A stretch of 64,000 bases of DNA from Eubacteriales bacterium (GTDB taxonomy: Bacteria; Bacillota; Clostridia; Oscillospirales; SIG627), in assembly GCA_045660745.1 (NCBI GenBank), contig JAZREJ010000022.1:13232-77231 (forward strand). Direction: 5' to 3'. Within the stretch, counting starts at the first letter, position 1. Each line of letters begins with the position of its first letter. This document shows positions 58,374-64,000 of this stretch, one piece after another. A program made the translations under genes and the position numbers. Below the pieces are notes generated by a model that saw only the letters and a list, made by a program, of their open reading frames with translations, searched no databases and was not told the origin of the DNA.

Positions 58374-59340
58374 CCGTAAGCACGACCTTTCCTATATTCT
58401 CGCCTCTTTCAAGTATTGCGTGTGCCTCCTCAGCTTTTTCCATGGGAAGCACCTTATAGACCGATGGCTTCATTTCACCGCTCTCTATTCTACTCCATAC
58501 GTTTTTAACAAGCTCCGAGAGAAGCCATGCCTTAAACTCGGGAGTTCTTTTGCGGAGCATGCTTCCCACAAGATGAAGTCCTTTTGTAAGAAGAGGGCGA
58601 AGTTGAATATTGGTTTCAACTCCGGCAAGAGTGGAAATTACGACCCAATATCCGCCATCTGCCATATATGGCATACTCTCACCAAGTGTTTTGCCCGAAA
58701 GACAGTCCATTACAACAAACACGGGAGTTCCGCGCTCCTCCTCTGCCTTGAGCGCATCCGACACGCTCTCGGTCGTGGAATTTATAATAACATCAGCACC
58801 GAGAGGACGTATCTTCTCTCTTATCTCATCCGATAAAACAGAGGTAATTACTCTCGCACCGAATGCCTTTGCCATCGGGATTGCAACGCTTGCAAGTCCC
58901 GATGCTCCCGCAGGGATAAATGCCGTCTTACCCGATTCAAGGTGTCCTTCAATAAAGAGATTCAAATAGCTTGTGGCATATGCTTCAGGAAGAGTGGAAG
59001 CTTCAACAAGTGTGAGTCCCTTCGGCACTGGCATGAGCATATCATACTTTACGCTGACATATTCAGCATATCCGCCTCCACCGAGGAGAGCACAAACACG
59101 GTCTCCTATCTTCCAATTATTTACATTTTTCCCAACCTCAACTATCTTTCCCGCAATCTCAAGTCCCATCCATTCAGGACATCCCTTGGGAGAAGGGTAG
59201 GTTCCGGCTCTCTGCAAAAGGTCTGCTCGGTTGAGGGCAGCGGCGTATATTTTAACAAGTACCTCGTCATCCTTTATAACGGGATCGGGGACGTCACTCC
59301 ATACGAGATTCTTATTTTCATCAACAAGCATTGCTTTCAT
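58360..59340 (-). CDS. NAD(P)H-quinone oxidoreductase (MDR, PIG3-like)
   Basis: LNRADLLQRAGTY, GLEIAG, GGGYAEY and NIGKVVL. Confidence 0.88.
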   Translation of the reverse strand: MKAMLVDENKNLVWSDVPDPVIKDDEVLVKIYAAALNRADLLQRAGTYPSPKGCPEWMGLEIAGKIVEVGKNVNNWKIGDRVCALLGGGGYAEYVSVKYDMLMPVPKGLTLVEASTLPEAYATSYLNLFIEGHLESGKTAFIPAGASGLASVAIPMAKAFGARVITSVLSDEIREKIRPLGADVIINSTTESVSDALKAEEERGTPVFVVMDCLSGKTLGESMPYMADGGYWVVISTLAGVETNIQLRPLLTKGLHLVGSMLRKRTPEFKAWLLSELVKNVWSRIESGEMKPSVYKVLPMEKAEEAHAILERGENIGKVVLTVAEE

Positions 59341-59341
59341 A

Positions 59342-60115
59342 TCAGTCTGTTCCTTTCATTGAGAGACATCTGCCGCCGTCTACAATATATGTCTGTCCTG
59401 TGATAAATCTCGCCTTATCCGAGCAGAGAAACTCTACCATATTTGCAATATCCTCGGCGCGGCACATCTCACCGAGAAGATTTGTTTCATAAGCATAGTG
59501 ATGACCCTCAGGAGTTGTAATATCAATCTCGTCTCGACAAACCACACCCGGCGCTACCGAGTTTACGTTTATCTTATGAGGCCCGAGCTCCTTTGCAAGA
59601 GCTTTTGTAAGAGACATAACGCCTCCCTTACTTGCAGCATACTCTGTCGAACCTACAAGTCCGTTTACACCTACGGTAGATGCAAAGTTTATGATCTTAC
59701 CGCCCTCGCCCTGCGCTATCATCACACGCGCCGCTGCACGACTTGCCCAGAATGCACCGTAAAGATTCACCTTGAGCACCTTGTCAATTACCTCGTCCGC
59801 CTGTCCTGCAAGCTCTGAATACTTGCCGGGGCCCGCAAGTCTTGCACTTCCTCCCGCGATATGTACCATAGCGTCAAGTCTGCCGAAGGTCTTGACTGCG
59901 TCGTTTACCGCCTCGTCGACTTCCTTTGATACGCTCACGTCAAAAACGTAGCCCTTTGCTTCTCCGCCCTCGGCAAGTATTTTTTCAACGGTTCTGTCAA
60001 CCGCCTCACGGCTGATATCACCAACCGCTACGGCATAGCCTGCCTTTGCAAGGGTTATTGCGGATGCGCTTCCGAGAAATCCGCCTCCACCCGTAATAAA
60101 TGCAACCTTTTTCAT
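59342..60115 (-). CDS. SDR family oxidoreductase
   Basis: TGGGGFLG, YAASK and VDGG. Confidence 0.9.
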   Translation of the reverse strand: MKKVAFITGGGGFLGSASAITLAKAGYAVAVGDISREAVDRTVEKILAEGGEAKGYVFDVSVSKEVDEAVNDAVKTFGRLDAMVHIAGGSARLAGPGKYSELAGQADEVIDKVLKVNLYGAFWASRAAARVMIAQGEGGKIINFASTVGVNGLVGSTEYAASKGGVMSLTKALAKELGPHKINVNSVAPGVVCRDEIDITTPEGHHYAYETNLLGEMCRAEDIANMVEFLCSDKARFITGQTYIVDGGRCLSMKGTD

Positions 60116-60128
60116 AATTATTCTCCTT

Positions 60129-60881
60129 TTAAGCCTGGTTGAGCGGACCGAGTACTCTTCCGCCGTCTACCACAATATTTTGTCCCGTAATATAATTGTT
60201 TTCGGCAAGGAACATTGCGGTATCGGCAATCTCAGAGGGCTCGCCCGCATATCCCTTATCGCCCATAAAGGTCATTCCCGTCCACTTAGCGCCGTCACGC
60301 TGAATCGCACCGGGAGAGATGCAGTTGACACAGATATTGTACTTGCCTACCTCCATGGCAAGCGCCCTTGCCATACCGATAAGAGCCGCCTTTGCCGCAG
60401 AGTAGTCAACTCTGTAGGTTATACCGCAAACAGCGGCAATGCTTGACATATTGATTATCTTTCCGTAGCGGTTTTCAATCATAGAGGGAAGCACCGCCTG
60501 AGCGCAGTTCATACTGCCCTTGATGTTAACGTCAAGCACGAAATCGAGCGTTTCAGGCTCTGCATCTACAAAGTGTGTAAGCTTTCCGATAAGCCCCGCA
60601 CTTCCGCCCGCATTGTTGATAAGCACGTCAATCTTACCGAATTTTTCAAGTGCCTTTTCAACTCCTGCGAAAATCTTCTCACGGTCTCTCACATCACAGA
60701 CAAGAGAGGTCGCTCCGACTCCGAGTGCCTCGCATTCCTTCACAACGCTCTCGGCATTCTCAAGGTTTATGTCGCAAACGATGACGTTTGCACCTTCCCT
60801 TGCAAAGGAAAGTGCTATCTCACGTCCGATGTTTTTTCCTGCTCCCGTTACCATAACGGTGCGATTTTCAAATCTTTTCAT
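60129..60881 (-). CDS. SDR family oxidoreductase
   Basis: TGAGKNIG, NNAG, YSAAK and VDGG. Confidence 0.9.
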   Translation of the reverse strand: MKRFENRTVMVTGAGKNIGREIALSFAREGANVIVCDINLENAESVVKECEALGVGATSLVCDVRDREKIFAGVEKALEKFGKIDVLINNAGGSAGLIGKLTHFVDAEPETLDFVLDVNIKGSMNCAQAVLPSMIENRYGKIINMSSIAAVCGITYRVDYSAAKAALIGMARALAMEVGKYNICVNCISPGAIQRDGAKWTGMTFMGDKGYAGEPSEIADTAMFLAENNYITGQNIVVDGGRVLGPLNQA

Positions 60882-61870
60882 ATCTTTTCTCCTATTGCAC
60901 GAAGTATACTTTTATGTACTGCAAGGTCATGAGCATAAAGCCTTTCGTCCTTTTTATTGCCTGTTACAAGGTCATAAAACTCACGCATCATTTCGTCGTA
61001 GCGCTTACGGGACGGCATATCGGGAACGTCTATTTTTCGTTTTATGTTTTTATATGCGTTATCGGCAAAATCAACGCTTGAAAAATACATTTCAACGTTA
61101 AGCTCAATCGGTTTTATCTCAACGGTGCCAAGGCTTCCCATGACCGCCATGCGTCTCATCCCCCATCCGTTTACCTCGACCGAGCTGTTCGTAATCTTTG
61201 CAAACGCCTTATCGTATTCAAGGAGCGCAAAGCAGTTGTCATCAGCCTCAACTCCTTGAAATCTGCTCTGCTTTATAAAGGAATGGACCGACATCGGCTC
61301 ACCTAGAATCAGATGTGCAAGGTCGATTAGGTGACTGCCGAAGATGTACATACTTCCGCCCTTGAAATGCTTCAGCCACTCGCGGTATTCCTTTGAGTGA
61401 TAGGTGCTCATCTCAAGGTCTACCTGGTAAATTTCACCGAGCTTTCCGTCGCGGATAAGCTCGAAGGTCTTTTTTATTGCGGGATTATGGCGGTACATAT
61501 ACCCCATATGCACTATAAGGTTTTTGTCCTCGGCACTCTTTAAAAGACGGGTGAATTCTTCAAGCGTGCCGCTCGCGGGCTTATCGATGTGAACGTGCTT
61601 TCCTCTGTCAACGCAGACCTGCGCCCATTTCGTGAGATTCCACACGTCACATTCAACGCATATCGCGTCGCACCTTTCAATAAGCTCGTCAACGCCAAGT
61701 CGGGTGATTCCGTCATAGCATTCAAGTCTGCCACGCTTCCTTACCCATTCCTCGTCAGGCTCGGCATACCCCACTATATCAAAGCATTCGGGATTGTTTC
61801 TCATGCCGAGCATATGACCGTCGGCGTGATTATGTCCGATACCGAGCTGACCAATTTTTATTTTTTTCAT
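60878..61870 (-). CDS. Gfo/Idh/MocA family oxidoreductase
   Basis: GIGHNH, HVHIDKP, MGYMYRHNP and GSHLID. Confidence 0.88.
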   Translation of the reverse strand: MKKIKIGQLGIGHNHADGHMLGMRNNPECFDIVGYAEPDEEWVRKRGRLECYDGITRLGVDELIERCDAICVECDVWNLTKWAQVCVDRGKHVHIDKPASGTLEEFTRLLKSAEDKNLIVHMGYMYRHNPAIKKTFELIRDGKLGEIYQVDLEMSTYHSKEYREWLKHFKGGSMYIFGSHLIDLAHLILGEPMSVHSFIKQSRFQGVEADDNCFALLEYDKAFAKITNSSVEVNGWGMRRMAVMGSLGTVEIKPIELNVEMYFSSVDFADNAYKNIKRKIDVPDMPSRKRYDEMMREFYDLVTGNKKDERLYAHDLAVHKSILRAIGEKI

Positions 61871-62688
61871 AAGGTGCCTATTTTCCTTGTCTTGTCAATG
61901 ATATCACGCGCCGTCTCAAGATGAAGCTGCCCCATAGTGCTGGTCGCCTTGAAGGAGTCGACACAGAAAATCATGTGTGAGCCGAGCATAGGATTTATAA
62001 TTCTTGAAAGATCCCCCTTTGAACCGCCCACGTGGAAGGAAACAGCGGTCTTAACCTCCTTTTTGAGTGCTCTCATCGTCTTAAAAGATTCAATAAGCTC
62101 ATCCTCTGTCTCGGCGAGCGTTACAAGCTTTATTACATCGGGGTTTCTCTTTTCAAGGAAAAGTGCAAGGTCTACCACCTGTTCACAGCTCATGACTCGC
62201 GCGGGATGGCATGACAAAAGCACCTCAGCACCTCTTTCGTGCACCCATTCGATAAGCTCGCACTGCTTTGAGATCACACCCTTGTCTGTCACCACTTCGC
62301 AAGGCTCCGCGCTTGCAAAGGAATGCTCTCGGTCTCCGAGATATGCAATCTTTGATTCCGCATGAAAGGTATACCCCTGCATGTCAACACCGGCTGCACC
62401 CGCCTCGACAGCTCTCTTAAAGTATTCAACTCTCTCCTCCTCCGTAAGTCCAAGAGGCTCCCATTTTTCGTTCATATTATAATTTAGCGCAAGGATCGGA
62501 AGCGAAGAAGCTTTCACTATATCACGAAGTGCACCAACGCTTGAGTCCTCCATACAGGACATATGCAGATCTATCATATCTGCGCCATGGTAAATACAGT
62601 TTTTAATTTCTGCCAAAACTGCGTTTTTACTGTATTCTCTCACAACTCCCGCAAGAGCGGGGGGTGTAAGGTCGGATATTCTCTTCAT
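61867..62688 (-). CDS. type I 3-dehydroquinate dehydratase-like protein (divergent)
   Basis: GADMIDL, VLLSCH (His), DVIKLV (Schiff-base Lys), SRIINPMLGS and GQL. Confidence 0.72.
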   Translation of the reverse strand: MKRISDLTPPALAGVVREYSKNAVLAEIKNCIYHGADMIDLHMSCMEDSSVGALRDIVKASSLPILALNYNMNEKWEPLGLTEEERVEYFKRAVEAGAAGVDMQGYTFHAESKIAYLGDREHSFASAEPCEVVTDKGVISKQCELIEWVHERGAEVLLSCHPARVMSCEQVVDLALFLEKRNPDVIKLVTLAETEDELIESFKTMRALKKEVKTAVSFHVGGSKGDLSRIINPMLGSHMIFCVDSFKATSTMGQLHLETARDIIDKTRKIGTL

Positions 62689-62734
62689 ACTATCACCTCA
62701 CGCCTATTATTTCATATATATCCGCTTTTGTAAA

Positions 62735-62802
62735 TATCACTTTTGATACTTTTATCAAATTTGATATAAAGTGTTGACTTTTTTAAGTCAATATGATATT
62801 GT
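62735..62802. promoter_or_regulatory. divergent promoter region with repeated palindromic operators
   Basis: TATCA-n4-TGATA at 62735-62748 and 62753-62766; TTGACTT-n4-AAGTCAA at 62774-62791 overlapping a TTGACT -35. Confidence 0.6.
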
Positions 62803-62823
62803 TTTTGCAGAGGGAGCGATTAA

Positions 62824-63579
62824 ATGAATACAAATATTTTATCAAATTTGATTATAAAAAGCGTTTTGTCTGCAACTACGATGTATACCGAAAAAAATAC
62901 CAAGATGAAAAAAGTGAGTCGTGAGGGATGGGCTCTCGTCATGAAATTCGAGGGAGAGACCGTGTATACTCAAAACGACAAGAGATTTGTCTCCTCAAAA
63001 AACAGCATAATAATTCTTCCTAAGGGCTGTGCTTACGAGTGGATATGTACCGAATCAGGACACTTCACAATAGTTGAGCTTGACTGTGATGGAGAATATC
63101 ACGAAATATTTGCTCTCCCCATAAAGAATACGGAAAAGTATTTGAAGCATTTTAAAAACCTTGAATATGTCATGACCCTTAAGCCACGCGAATACAGACT
63201 TGAGGCTTTAAAGGACGTGTACTCTATAATCTTATCTCTTTTGCAAAGTCGAAACGGTTATCTTTCCTCAGATAAGACCGAAAAGATAGCACCGGTGCTT
63301 GAATATATCGCAAAAAACTACACAAAAAACGTCTCAAACGAAACCCTTGCCTCACTCACCGGTATATCCTGCGTATATTTCCGAAAGCTTTTTACCGAAA
63401 TTATGGGTGAGTCTCCTATCGCATATATGCACGCGCTGAGAATAAAAAAAGCGTGTGAAATGCTCAAAAGTGACCATGGAACGATTTCCGACATCGCTTT
63501 TTCTCTCGGATACTCAAGCATCTACGACTTTTCACGCGACTTCAAAAAGCACACGGGAACCTCACCCTCAAAATACTAA
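62824..63579 (+). CDS. AraC-family transcriptional regulator
   Basis: YFRKLF...SPIAY and LGYSSIYDFSRDFKK. Confidence 0.92.
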   Translation: MNTNILSNLIIKSVLSATTMYTEKNTKMKKVSREGWALVMKFEGETVYTQNDKRFVSSKNSIIILPKGCAYEWICTESGHFTIVELDCDGEYHEIFALPIKNTEKYLKHFKNLEYVMTLKPREYRLEALKDVYSIILSLLQSRNGYLSSDKTEKIAPVLEYIAKNYTKNVSNETLASLTGISCVYFRKLFTEIMGESPIAYMHALRIKKACEMLKSDHGTISDIAFSLGYSSIYDFSRDFKKHTGTSPSKY

Positions 63580-63606
63580 AAGGTTGCAGTTATCTGCAAC
63601 CTTTTT
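63578..63606. terminator. bidirectional terminator
   Basis: AAAAGGTTGCAG-ttat-CTGCAACCTTTT. Confidence 0.8.
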
Positions 63607-63607
63607 G

Positions 63608-64000
63608 TTACTTTTTATAAACCGTATTACCGCCAACGACCGTCATTTCAACATTGATATCATCATCAAAGAGTACAAGGTCGGCTCTCTTTCCTATTTC
63701 AAGAGTTCCTATCTCATTCTCCATATTAATAAGTCTTGCGGGGGTTTCTGTCATCATCCTGACCGCGTCCGTAATGGAAACGCCTACCGTCTTATACATT
63801 GTGCGCACAAGTCGGTCTGTTGTACAAACGCTTCCTGCAAACGCCGTGCGGTCGGGTAGCTTTGCAACTCCACCCTCAATAATACAGTGAAGACCTGTAT
63901 CGCGGTTTCCGAGCACAGTGTCTCCGTCGGGCATTCCTGCACCTCTCATGGAGTCGGTTACAAGCGCTATGTTGTTTGCGCCCTTGAACTTATATATCAT
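63608..64000 (-). CDS. nagA: N-acetylglucosamine-6-phosphate deacetylase, C-terminal part (truncated by window edge)
   Basis: LVTDSM, AFAGS, TPAR and GKRADLV. Confidence 0.85.
   Translation of the reverse strand: MIYKFKGANNIALVTDSMRGAGMPDGDTVLGNRDTGLHCIIEGGVAKLPDRTAFAGSVCTTDRLVRTMYKTVGVSITDAVRMMTETPARLINMENEIGTLEIGKRADLVLFDDDINVEMTVVGGNTVYKK

Overview
Chromosomal segment of a low-GC Gram-positive anaerobe (Clostridia-like, inferred from the rplU-prp-rpmA-obgE, der-plsY, darA-holB-ricT and dnaD-dnaC-like gene sets). Most of it is housekeeping: ribosomal proteins, a complete nine-gene Phe/Tyr biosynthesis operon, ruvCAB, rnj, lepA-hemW and fba. Accessory blocks include IseA-like repeat surface proteins under an XRE regulator, tandem GH109 glycosidases with an M14 hydrolase and AraC, an ECF sigma/anti-sigma pair, and an AraC-linked oxidoreductase cluster led by a type I dehydroquinase-like gene. 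I saw no mobile elements, CRISPR arrays, rRNA or tRNA genes. The most striking observation is missing from the ORF track: a 25-codon leader peptide (8054-8131, MFNKAYYYFYYFKRDCLFFSDYKGF) with mutually exclusive protector, antiterminator and terminator helices upstream of the aro-phe-tyr operon. This looks like a ribosome-driven, dual Tyr/Phe-sensing attenuator in a lineage where T-box riboswitches are the usual mechanism. All calls come from reading motifs by eye; no database searches or folding programs were run.
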